Part shown: positions 29,230 through 38,047 of the stretch, one piece after another
How positions within the stretch are numbered: position 1 is the first letter of the stretch
Layout of the letters: every line of letters starts with the position of its first letter
From: an uncultured Methylomirabilota bacterium
GTDB taxonomy: Bacteria > Methylomirabilota > Methylomirabilia > Methylomirabilales > 2-02-FULL-66-22
Direction of reading: 5' to 3'
DNA: 64,000 bases
Assembly (NCBI GenBank): GCA_963842855.1
Contig: CAWJHW010000004.1
Coordinates: 536,630 to 600,629, forward strand
The notes under the pieces: generated by a model
Told to the model about the DNA's origin: nothing
The model's input: only the letters and a program-made list of their open reading frames with translations
Databases searched by the model: none
Made by a program: the position numbers and the translations under genes

Positions 29230-30279
29230 CTACTTATTACCTAATTTACGCCAGGCAGCGTAGCGCCCGCGTTTCTCGACGGTTAGGCGCTTTTGACGAC
29301 GCAAGGAATTGAGTACTGTCCGCACCATATCCCGACTCACGGAGGGGCACAGGCGCTCCACGTCGGAGATGCTGAATTGCTCCGGAAGCTCAGCGATGGC
29401 TGCCTCGACCGCCTCGGTCTTTGCCCCCCGGCGGGTTGAGAGCTGGCTGATCCGCTGTTCGAACTCGCGATAGGCCGCTCGGACGACGGTGAGGAAGTAC
29501 GCCCACCACGGGGAGAGATCATGTCGGCCCTCATGCCAGCCTTCTGAGGAGCGGGCCAGGGCTTCGTAGTAGGATTCCTTGCTCTCCTCCACCAGGCGTT
29601 CGAGGCTGATGTAGCGCCCAACGGCGTAGCCATGGGTGTATAGAGCGAGGAGGGTCAAGAGGCGCGAGGCCCGACCGTTGCCGTCCCGGAATGGATGGAT
29701 GCAGAGAAAGTCCAGGATCAGGTTTGCCACAGCGAGAAGGGGTGGCAAGAGTTCCTGGTCTAGCGCGTGCCGGTACGCGAGGCACAGATCGTCTACCGCC
29801 TTCGGCGTGTCAACGGCTGGGACAGGACGAAAGCGTATCCACCGTCTTCCCTGCACGTCCACTTCGATGATCTCGTTGTCCTGACGCTTCCATTGGCCTG
29901 CATCTCCACCGCCCGCCTGGGCGAGCGCATGCAAGCGCCGGATTGTAGCCGATTCTAGCCGGGCCTCAGCATGATGCGTATGGACCCAGTTCAGCGCGTT
30001 CCGGTAGCCAACAATCTCCTCCTCCGAACGGTCGCGAGGCCGCGCTCGGCCCAGGATCAAAGGACGCAGCCTGGATCTTTCTACGATCACCCCCTCGATC
30101 CGGTTGGACGACTCGGTGCTCTCGACGAGGGCGAGTTCCCGCAGGGTCCGGAGGACTTCGGGCTTCTGGCGTTCGTAAAGCTGCTGCCGCCCTTTGCACT
30201 CCATCACAGTGCCCAGGAGCCATGACACGTTGAGGGGCACGCTGATCTCATGCGGGCGTTGCCACCGGAACGATTTCAT
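29230..30279 (-). CDS. Fic/DOC family protein (AMPylase-type) with C-terminal winged-helix-like region
   Basis: Canonical Fic motif HPFRDGNGRASRLL. The ATG overlaps the helicase stop (ATGA), so it is translationally coupled to the helicase gene. Confidence 0.85.
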   Translation of the reverse strand: MKSFRWQRPHEISVPLNVSWLLGTVMECKGRQQLYERQKPEVLRTLRELALVESTESSNRIEGVIVERSRLRPLILGRARPRDRSEEEIVGYRNALNWVHTHHAEARLESATIRRLHALAQAGGGDAGQWKRQDNEIIEVDVQGRRWIRFRPVPAVDTPKAVDDLCLAYRHALDQELLPPLLAVANLILDFLCIHPFRDGNGRASRLLTLLALYTHGYAVGRYISLERLVEESKESYYEALARSSEGWHEGRHDLSPWWAYFLTVVRAAYREFEQRISQLSTRRGAKTEAVEAAIAELPEQFSISDVERLCPSVSRDMVRTVLNSLRRQKRLTVEKRGRYAAWRKLGNK

Positions 30280-33200
30280 GTCACGCCCCCATCAGGAGCT
30301 GGCGGCTCTTCACGAACGCGCATGGGTTGCCTCACGGCATCCACGCTAAGCCAGTAGTGGTCCACCTTTTTGACCTCGTGCCAGGGGAGGTTCGCTGGAT
30401 CCTTGTTGACATGCAGGCCTGGTTGGGCGTCACAGTCGGTGACGACGTAGAGCCAGTAGCAGTCGCGCCGATCCTCGGCTACACGCTTCTCATTGGGCGT
30501 GAGGCCGATCGTCCCCGTGGACCCGCCGAGGCCCTTGACCTCGATGAGGCGCAATTCGCCACTTTGTGTGTCCAGGCTCGTCAGGTCGTAGCCCAGGTTC
30601 TGTTCGTGCACATCGGCCACGGCGCGTCCGGCGGCCCGCTCGTACTCCATGGCCACGCGCATGGCGATGGCCTCGGTCTCGGCATCAGGGCGCAGGCGCC
30701 GGACCTCAGGCTTCTCCCGCTCCGGATGCGGCAGGACGAGAACGCTGGCAATCCGTTCGACAGCCTGGAGGCTCAGGGACCGCTGGCGCTCCAGTTCCTG
30801 GCGCCGCCGCTCGCGCCGCGTCATGAGGGCCGCATGGCGATCCTCGGCCTGCTTCAGGTTCCCCGCCGCGCCCTCCACCCCACGCTCGGTCTCCTCGGCC
30901 AGCCGGCCGATCAGCCGATCCTCTCGCTGCATGAGCTCCGTGAGGGAGAGCTCGACGTGGGCCGCGATCCGATCTACCTCCGCGACGCGCTCTTGTCGGA
31001 CCTCGTCGAGGAACGGGGACAACGCCCCTTGCGTGAGCCAGTCCCTGGCCTCGGGAAGGTGGGCCACGGGCGGGAGCGTCTCGGGTGCCTTGCCGGGACT
31101 GAAGTTGCCCAAGGCGCCCGGCTCCTGACGCTTGGGCTCTTTGCCTTCCGCTACCTCCACCGCGAAGAGGCGCTCGTGGATCACTTGCCCCAGGCCATCC
31201 ACCACCCGCGCCCGGTAGAAGTCCAGCCGGGCCGGGGCAGCGTGTTCCACGGAGTAGAAGCAGGCGCCCTGGGCCAGCACGTCCCGGGCGGTTTCCCAGA
31301 CGTGGCGCCGGAGCGCCTCGAATAGCGGGTGCCCGGGGGTCACCCATTCGAGGCTGTGTCGCTCGGCCGTCTCACGGTCTGTTGACAGTCGGGGGTATTT
31401 GTTCGCCAGGGCGGCCAGCTTCCGGTCGGGAGCCGTTTCGTACTGGCGGAGGGTGGTGGGCGTGACGCCCGGGTCGAAGGAATGGGGGAGACTCGCGAGG
31501 GGCTTCAAGGTATAGCGGGCGTGGCCGGCCGCCTCGCGCAGGAACCGGGCAATGGTTTCGGGGACCACGCGGCGTTCCTGGGCAAGCGCCCGTCGCTCGA
31601 TGAGCATGTCCAGGTTCAATTTCTTGGACGCCAGCCCTTCCAAAGCATTCTGGCAGATGGCCCGGAACCGGTCTTCCTGCACATCGCGGAGCAGGCGGTC
31701 CTCCATGTCTTCCTGCCCGAGCTCCCCAGCATAATAGGCACGGAGGATCCGTTCGATCTGGGCGGCCGGCAGGATCTCGCCCACCACGTTGAAGACGGCG
31801 TCGTCGTCCAGGGCGTCGCGGATCTCCTGGAGCTTCTCCAGTAGCTTCTGGAGGACGCGCCCCTCAATGGTATTGGTAGCGACGAAGTTGAAGATCAGGC
31901 AGTCGTGGATTTGGCCGTACCGGTGGATACGGCCCATCCGCTGCTCCAGCCGGTTGGGGTTCCACGGGATGTCGTAGTTGAAAAGGATATGGCAGGACTG
32001 GAGGTTGATGCCCTCCCCGGCCGCCTCGGTGGCGACGAGGATCTGGATCGCGCCGTCCTTGAACTGCTGCTCGGAATAGAGCCGGGTGCCCGGCTCGTCC
32101 CGCGAGCCCGCCTTCATCCCGCCGTGGATGACGCCGACGCGGAAGCCCCAGTCCCGGAGCTTTCCGGGGACACCCTGGAGCTTGTTCCCCGCCAGGTAGT
32201 CCAGCGTGTCCTTAAACTCGGTAAAGATGAGCAGGCGTTGATCCGGCTTGTCGAAGAAGCCCTGCTCCTTGAGGATCGTCTTGAGCTGGGCGAGCTTCGC
32301 CTCCTGGCCAGCCTCCTCCACCTTCTTTGCCTGGTCGGCCAGCTCCTTGAGCCGGGCGATTTCTTCCTCGGCCTCATGGCGGTTCTGGGCCAGGGTGATG
32401 GCCTCCAGCAGGGCCTCCAGGCGCTCGCGCTCGGCCTCCTCCATCTCCTCGATTTCCTCGGGGCCCGGAATCTCTGGCGGCGCCGTGCGGAGCAGCTCGT
32501 CAGCCCGGCGCAGCCCCTCCTGGAGGCGATGAGACCGGTTCTCCAGGGACCGGTGCATGGCGTAGGCGCTGGAGGCCAGCCGACGCTGATACAGGGACAT
32601 CAGGAAGCCCACAGCCCGGGCCCGCGGATCGTCCCCCTGGGCGGCGGCCTTGGCACTCTGTTGCTTCACGAAACGGGTGACGTCCCGGTAGAGAACGAAC
32701 TCGTCCCCATCAATGGTAAAGTCCACCGTATGGGTAATGCGCTTGGTGAAGATCTTCCGGGCGGCCCAGGTCCCGTCGGGCTGGCGCTCCGGGAAATAGA
32801 CCATGGCTTCCTTGGTGCGGCGCAGGTAAAACGGCGCCCGCCGCTGCTCCATCGCCTGGCGGATGGAGCGGACGTCCGCGTAGGCGTCCTCATCCAGGAG
32901 CTGGAGGAAGAGGCTGAAGTTGGTCGGGTCCCCCTTGTGCGGGGTCGCCGTGAGCATGAGGAGGTGGTCTGAGGATTCCCGCAGCAGCTCGCCCAGGGCA
33001 TACCGGGCAGTCTTCCTCGCCGGGGGCGTCCAGGACATGCGGTGGGCCTCGTCCACGATCACCAGATCCCAATGCACCTGCTTGAGGCCCGGGAGGATGG
33101 TGGTGCGCTTGGCCAGGTCCAGGGAGGTCAGGATTTGTTTTTGTTCCATCCATTGGTTGATCCCAAACTGATCCCGGATGTCGTCGCCCTTGAGGACGAC

Positions 33201-33719
33201 GAACTTCTCGTCGAACTTCTCGTTCAGCTCCCGCTGCCACTGGAACGTCAGGTTCGCCGGGCAGACAATCAGCGTGCGCTCGGCCAGGCCCCGGAGTTTC
33301 AGCTCCCGGATGAGGAGCCCGGCCATGATGGTCTTGCCGGCGCCCGCATCGTCCGCGAGGAGGAACCGGACCCGGGCCAGCTTGAGGAGGGAATCGTAGA
33401 CCGCCTCAAGTTGGTGCGGGAGGGGATCTACGCGCGAAATGGACAGGCCGAAATAGGGGTCGAACTCGTACGCGATGCCGAGGGTGTAAGCCTGAAGACC
33501 GAGGCGCAAGAGTGCGCCATCGCCTGTGTAGGTGTAGGCGGCTCCGTGGATTCGAAGCGTTTTGATTTGCTCAGAGGTGAGGGTGACACTGCGGAAGCGC
33601 TCCGTCTGGACACCAACCAGGCCCAGGACCCAGGTATCGTTCCCCCCCTGGCGGATGGTTTCGACCCGCATGGGCTCGTGGAACAGCGAGCCATTCAGAA
33701 TCTGGCCGGGCTCTATCAT
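30276..33719 (-). CDS. SNF2-family helicase with C-terminal DUF3883 (restriction-endonuclease-like) domain
   Basis: LPHQLEAV...LLADDAGAGKTIMAG (motif I), VIVDEAHRM (motif II), LMLTATPHKG, ...ILVATEAAGEGINLQ...FNYDIPWNPNRLEQRMGRIHRYGQ (motifs V/VI). C-terminal ...GYDLTSLD...LRLIEVKGLG...EDRRDCYWLYVV. Confidence 0.85.
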   Translation of the reverse strand: MIEPGQILNGSLFHEPMRVETIRQGGNDTWVLGLVGVQTERFRSVTLTSEQIKTLRIHGAAYTYTGDGALLRLGLQAYTLGIAYEFDPYFGLSISRVDPLPHQLEAVYDSLLKLARVRFLLADDAGAGKTIMAGLLIRELKLRGLAERTLIVCPANLTFQWQRELNEKFDEKFVVLKGDDIRDQFGINQWMEQKQILTSLDLAKRTTILPGLKQVHWDLVIVDEAHRMSWTPPARKTARYALGELLRESSDHLLMLTATPHKGDPTNFSLFLQLLDEDAYADVRSIRQAMEQRRAPFYLRRTKEAMVYFPERQPDGTWAARKIFTKRITHTVDFTIDGDEFVLYRDVTRFVKQQSAKAAAQGDDPRARAVGFLMSLYQRRLASSAYAMHRSLENRSHRLQEGLRRADELLRTAPPEIPGPEEIEEMEEAERERLEALLEAITLAQNRHEAEEEIARLKELADQAKKVEEAGQEAKLAQLKTILKEQGFFDKPDQRLLIFTEFKDTLDYLAGNKLQGVPGKLRDWGFRVGVIHGGMKAGSRDEPGTRLYSEQQFKDGAIQILVATEAAGEGINLQSCHILFNYDIPWNPNRLEQRMGRIHRYGQIHDCLIFNFVATNTIEGRVLQKLLEKLQEIRDALDDDAVFNVVGEILPAAQIERILRAYYAGELGQEDMEDRLLRDVQEDRFRAICQNALEGLASKKLNLDMLIERRALAQERRVVPETIARFLREAAGHARYTLKPLASLPHSFDPGVTPTTLRQYETAPDRKLAALANKYPRLSTDRETAERHSLEWVTPGHPLFEALRRHVWETARDVLAQGACFYSVEHAAPARLDFYRARVVDGLGQVIHERLFAVEVAEGKEPKRQEPGALGNFSPGKAPETLPPVAHLPEARDWLTQGALSPFLDEVRQERVAEVDRIAAHVELSLTELMQREDRLIGRLAEETERGVEGAAGNLKQAEDRHAALMTRRERRRQELERQRSLSLQAVERIASVLVLPHPEREKPEVRRLRPDAETEAIAMRVAMEYERAAGRAVADVHEQNLGYDLTSLDTQSGELRLIEVKGLGGSTGTIGLTPNEKRVAEDRRDCYWLYVVTDCDAQPGLHVNKDPANLPWHEVKKVDHYWLSVDAVRQPMRVREEPPAPDGGVT

Positions 33720-33952
33720 CGGAGCAGAAAACCTTCAGAAGAGTCTGGGCGTCGTGGCCCCGCCTCTGCTAACGCGGGATCAATGCAGGACCGTGAACCA
33801 GAGGAGAGCGAACGCTCTCAGTGAACGCAATCGGGTAGGAAAGGGGAACCCGGGGGCGACACATTTCATCGGGTGTGGTATGCAGGTCGAAAAATGCCCG
33901 GGACAGAGAATATCGAAGATCGTGCCTGTCTGTCAATATGAACCAATGAACA

Positions 33953-34087
33953 GAGGACCGCCAGACAGTCTGCCCGCAGGGCTGAGCGGCCGCACCTACT
34001 TCAGGCGGGAAAACGCCCCTGAGATCCTGGAATCCAACCCGTTGCAGGAGAGTATGCAGACCTGAACGGAGTTTTTGGGGACGACAG
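33953..34087 (+). repeat. Repeat R, copy 1 (~135 nt, ends in hairpin plus T-run)
   Basis: GAGGACCGCCAGACAGTCTGCCCGCAGGGCTGA.CGG.CGCACCTACTTCAGGCGGGAAAACGCCCCTGAGATCCTGGAATCCAACCCGTTGCAGGAGAGTATGCAGACCTGAACGGAGTTTTTGGGGACGACA. It is shared with 37915-38047 and 48884-49017, all on the + strand. Confidence 0.8.
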
Positions 34088-34268
34088 GCATCTGGAGGGC
34101 CTGACCGCGAAACTGCGCAGTGGAGACACGGGCCGAGGGCGGGAGGCAATCCGAGCGACGATCGAAAACACCATGGTGGGCGAGGATGAGACGTTGACGC
34201 TCGCCGTGAAGCCGGAAGACCTCTTGGGGGCCCAGACAGCCATTGCACATTCAGGGTGCCGGGGGACC

Positions 34269-34405
34269 GGCACCAACGTTGTGCGCATGGTTCTGCCTGG
34301 GAAGACTTGCTCTGTTGGCGAGGAGAGCTTTCGCTGTGTTTATAAGGAGTTAGGTCCACATTCTATGCGCGATTGAACGGGCAGACAGAGTTTTTGTGGA
34401 CCACA
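34269..34405 (+). repeat. Non-coding repeat S, copy 1
   Basis: Matches the reverse complement of 9986-10122. It lies 180 nt downstream of R copy 1. Confidence 0.7.
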
Positions 34406-34807
34406 ACCGGACACCCGTAGAAGGCTAACCGATTGATTTGCCCGATGGGCGATTCCAATTCTTGGCGGCGGTTGCGCCCGATGCTGCGGGTCGGGATGCC
34501 GCAGGCGCTGTGTGGGGAGCCCGGCTCGGTCGGGCGCTCCGTCCCCCGCCGGGGACGTCGGCGAAGAATTGGGCCCACCCCGACGCAGAATCGAGGGGTT
34601 AGGCCCTAAATGGTGTCCGGTACCTTTTTCGCTATCGTGGTCGCGTTTGGGGTTGACAGTTAGGACAGCATTGGGTAGCCTTTTAGCGAACTGACCCCCC
34701 CTCGACCGGCGACTAGTGGCACCTGCAGTGTTGTCGACCTTTAATGCTGAAAAGCCATTCCGGAGCATTTGCACTGAGCGTGTAGGGTACCAACGGAGAA
34801 TTATCCG

Positions 34808-35824
34808 ATGATCACGCACGTCAAGGGCAGTCTGTTCGAATCACCCGCGAAGGTTCTCGTCAACACGGTGAATACGGTCGGCGTCATGGGGAGGGGTATT
34901 GCGAAAACCTTCAAAGAAATCTACCCGGAGATGTTCTCCCAGTACCAGCAGCTATGCGAGAAGCGAGAGCTGCAGACCGGAAAGCTCTGGCTATATAGGA
35001 CCGAACACAAATGGATACTCAACTTCCCGACCAAAGTCCATTGGCGTCAACCATCCAAGCTAGAGTACATCGAGCAGGGACTCGTCAAGTTCGTATCAGC
35101 CTACCCGGCTCTGGGCATCACCAGCATCGCCTTCCCGCAATTGGGGTGCGGGAACGGAGAATTGGACTGGGAAACGGCTGTCCGACCCCTAATGACGAGA
35201 TACCTCGGCCGACTTCCCATTGACACGTTCATCTACGAATACGAAGGGGAATTCGCCAAACCTGAACACAGGGATGTCGCGGCCATGAATGCTTGGCTGC
35301 GGAGCGAGCCGCGAACCCTGGCCTTTGAGGAGGTGTGGCGAGATCTGTGCGACCATGTTGGCATGGGATTGGACCTGAAGACGTGGGACGGCGAGGACGA
35401 TTTCCGAGTCATCATCACAGATCGACCAGAACATGGAATCCAAATCTGGTTAAGTTCCAAGAGCGTATGGGGGCACCTTGTCGCTTCGCTGACCCGGCTA
35501 GCTCTGTTGATTCCTGTTCAATGGCGTCCTCGGGTCATTCGGCCTGGAGGCATTTTCATACCGAAGGAGGCCATGCTGGATCTTTGGCAGAACATCCGGG
35601 CCTACGGATTCTGTGTGCCTCGCATTATGTCGCAGGGCCTCGATCTCTTTGCTCCGTATGTCATGGCCCTCCTTGACCGTCTCGATTATGTGAGGCGTGT
35701 TGAGTTATTGCCACAGACTGCAGGAGGCTTCGGCGAGAAAGAGGCTGCGTTGCAGTTGTTCGTTCCCCCCACTCCTCGACCTGCCAGATCATCGCAACCT
35801 GCCTTCGCGGTGCAGCGAGTGTGA
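34808..35824 (+). CDS. darG: Macrodomain protein, DarG-like antitoxin (ADP-ribosyl-DNA glycohydrolase type)
   Basis: VKGSLFESPAKVLVNTVNTVGVMGRGIAKTFKEIYPEMF...KWILNFPTKVHWRQPSKLEYIEQGL...ITSIAFPQLGCGNGELDW is the DarG-type macrodomain pattern. It is followed by a ~190-aa C-terminal domain, as in DarG. Confidence 0.8.
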   Translation: MITHVKGSLFESPAKVLVNTVNTVGVMGRGIAKTFKEIYPEMFSQYQQLCEKRELQTGKLWLYRTEHKWILNFPTKVHWRQPSKLEYIEQGLVKFVSAYPALGITSIAFPQLGCGNGELDWETAVRPLMTRYLGRLPIDTFIYEYEGEFAKPEHRDVAAMNAWLRSEPRTLAFEEVWRDLCDHVGMGLDLKTWDGEDDFRVIITDRPEHGIQIWLSSKSVWGHLVASLTRLALLIPVQWRPRVIRPGGIFIPKEAMLDLWQNIRAYGFCVPRIMSQGLDLFAPYVMALLDRLDYVRRVELLPQTAGGFGEKEAALQLFVPPTPRPARSSQPAFAVQRV

Positions 35825-36807
35825 ACGTCCCGAGGAAGCCGGACTCCGAGAGAATCAAAGCTCACATCAAGCGTCTCAAAGAGCAGCCTTGGTTGGGCGA
35901 AGCTCAGCGATGGTGGCCGGACTACTTGTTCAGAGTCGATGACATCCGTGCTGCTGCCACAATCCTCAACAGTGGGTACCTCCTCTCCCGGAAGGAAGCG
36001 CAGGATGCTGGGGTATTGGTCGTCAACTCCGCAAGTCCCGATGTTATCGCAGCCACAGCCGAACGATGGAAGCGTTATGTCCGTTTGTACTTTCGACCCA
36101 AGACGCCAACTCAATACCGCAATGAAGGCTTCCGGCCATCCCAGAATTACGCCCTTAGTGCTCATTGTCCCGTCCCCATCGTAATGCTCTTCGACGCAGG
36201 CGAGATTTTGACGCGATCGGATGCAGAATTCAGTGATGGAAACCTGGCAGCAGATGCGTCAACGGGCAAGGATTACGAGTTTCTCTGCGGAATCCCCTTC
36301 GAGAAGGTTTATCACGACAGAAGACTTGATGAGCCTGAGAAGAGGTCGATCATTTATCACCGTCATGCCGAGGTCATTGTTCCCAGCCGACTGGATCTGT
36401 CGTCGTTGCGCTTTATCGTTTGCAGGACACAAGCCGAATACGAAACGCTACAGCATCTCCTCGATCCAAAAGCACTCAAGCAATGGTCGAGAAGAATCAG
36501 CCAGAAGGCGAACATGCACTACCGTCTCTGGACATTCGTTGAACAGGTCGAACTTAGCAGTAAGCGAGTTCGCTTCAGATTCAATCCCTCATCCCTAACC
36601 CCTGGACCTTTCAGCGCTCGTGTGACAATCCGGGAAGACGCAACGGGCCAAAAGTACGTTTGGGAGAATGGTTCGTACCATGCGAATTCAAAGCTAGAGA
36701 TTAGCCTGGACGAGCTTCAACACCCAGAGAGCTATACTGTACGTCTAGAGCTTGACGATCAATTGGCCCACAGCAACCATTATGCGGAAGACAACTTGCC
36801 CTTCTGA
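35821..36807 (+). CDS. darT: DUF4433 / DarT-like DNA ADP-ribosyltransferase toxin with ~110-aa C-terminal extension
   Basis: LFRVDDIRAAATILNSGYLLSR..., YVRLYFRPKTPTQY, ...EFSDGNLA..., ...HRHAEVIVPSRLDLSSLRFIVCR match conserved DUF4433 blocks. The GTG start overlaps the macro gene stop (GTGA). Confidence 0.75.
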   Translation: MNVPRKPDSERIKAHIKRLKEQPWLGEAQRWWPDYLFRVDDIRAAATILNSGYLLSRKEAQDAGVLVVNSASPDVIAATAERWKRYVRLYFRPKTPTQYRNEGFRPSQNYALSAHCPVPIVMLFDAGEILTRSDAEFSDGNLAADASTGKDYEFLCGIPFEKVYHDRRLDEPEKRSIIYHRHAEVIVPSRLDLSSLRFIVCRTQAEYETLQHLLDPKALKQWSRRISQKANMHYRLWTFVEQVELSSKRVRFRFNPSSLTPGPFSARVTIREDATGQKYVWENGSYHANSKLEISLDELQHPESYTVRLELDDQLAHSNHYAEDNLPF

Positions 36808-36875
36808 ACCCGGGAAACCGAGAATTACCGAGCAAGGGGACGAGAGTCTGTAGGGGTGAACACCGACAGCAACTT

Positions 36876-37342
36876 ATGTGTGGCCGCTTCACTGTCGGCG
36901 CGACTGCCACGACCGCAGCCAAGCAGTTTCACCTAGCCGAACTCCCGCCGTGGACGCCACGCTACAACATTGCCCCCACCCAGGCAGTGACAACCCTCCT
37001 CAGGCCCTCCCCAGAAGCTGGCAGGCAATTCCGATTCCTACGCTGGGGCCTCATCCCCGTGTGGGCGGAAGGCCCAGCCGTCGGCTCCCGCCTGATCAAC
37101 GCCCGCGCCGAGACCGTGGCGACGAAACCCGCGTGGGCGCGATCCACCATCGCATGCCGGTGATCCTCAGCCCCACGGAATACGACCGCTGGCTTGATCC
37201 GAGCATCCGGGAGCCGGAAGTGCTCCAGCCCCTGCTCCGGCCCTTTCCTGCCGTCGAGATGACGGCCTACCCCGTGAGCGCATTGGTGAGCAGCCCCGCG
37301 AATGACAACCCCGGTTGCACGGAGCCTCTCCTTCAAGGCTGA
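36876..37342 (+). pseudogene. SRAP (YedK-like, SOS response-associated peptidase) with internal deletion/frameshift
   Basis: The N-terminus MCGRFTV...RYNIAPTQ...LRWGLIPVWA...LINARAETVATKPAW (catalytic Cys2) breaks at about 37140. A second frame resumes at ...IHHRMPVILSPTEYDRWLDP...YPVSALVSSP. About 80-90 central residues of the family are missing. Confidence 0.75.
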
Positions 37343-37383
37343 GAGGATGGCGAGGATTGCCCGGCAGCAGCAGGTTCGGGAGG

Positions 37384-37623
37384 CTAGTTCTTGACCTTGA
37401 GTTTGGCGTCGTTCTCGGCGATGAACTTCCGGATCTCGTCGGCCATGTCGAGGAGCTTCAGCCACTGCTCCTTGTATAGCGTGACCGGGAAGCGGCCGAG
37501 CCCGTAGACCGACACGCCGCCCTTGTCGCTGACCCGGATGTTCTCGCTGGTGGCGCGGGACTTCAAGGCCGCGTTCTCCGCACGGAGGCGTTCCAGTTGG
37601 GCCTGGAGGTTCTCGTCAACCAT
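37384..37623 (-). CDS. Hypothetical small protein (N-terminal coiled coil)
   Basis: 79-aa ORF MVDENLQAQLERLRAENAALK...GGVSVYGLGRFPVTLYKEQW... with a compact, plausible composition. No family recognised. Confidence 0.45.
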   Translation of the reverse strand: MVDENLQAQLERLRAENAALKSRATSENIRVSDKGGVSVYGLGRFPVTLYKEQWLKLLDMADEIRKFIAENDAKLKVKN

Positions 37624-37914
37624 TGGGGCTCCTTTCTTGAAGGGTTGGGGGACCGGCTGGTGATGCAGCAGGGCGTGTTACGTCGTGGGCCGCGCGTTCG
37701 TCCGTGCCTTTCTCTGTCCAGTCGGCGGGCCGGCGAGTTGTTCTTGTTCCTGGGCTGCTTCTTCGAATGCTGGTCCACCAACGCGGTGCCGGCGGGCCTG
37801 CCCGCCTTGGGTCCGCAGCACTGTCCCTAGCTGACCCCATAGAGCCTCCTCCGTCGGTCGCCACGGGGAGGGAGAACAGATCGGAGGGTACTCTTGCCCT
37901 CCTCGGCCTGTCAA

Positions 37915-38047
37915 GAGGACCGCCAGACAGACTGCCCGCAGGGCTGACCGGACGCACCTACTTCAGGCGGGAAAACGCCCCTAAGATCCTGGATTCAAAC
38001 CCGTTGCAGGAGAGTGTACGGGGCTGAACGGAGTTTTTGCGGACGAG
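37915..38047 (+). repeat. Repeat R, copy 2
   Basis: See copy 1. It is preceded by CCTCGGCCTGTCAAGA, which is shared with copy 3. Confidence 0.8.

Noticed and set aside
33562-34065. 167-aa ORF (and its counterpart 37704..38027) ending in the conserved peptide RGPPD.LPAGL.GRTYFRRENAP.
   Set aside because: The upstream parts are unrelated between copies, and one overlaps the helicase N-terminus. Substitutions between R1 and R2 are mostly non-synonymous and R3 is frameshifted. It is kept only as an alternative hypothesis in the R finding, not as a gene.
33953-34087. Repeat R as the duplicated 3' end of a tRNA or tmRNA created by tandem island integration.
   Set aside because: R has no T-loop (GTTCRANYC), acceptor stem or CCA-like end. 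No integrase gene lies anywhere between or next to the copies.
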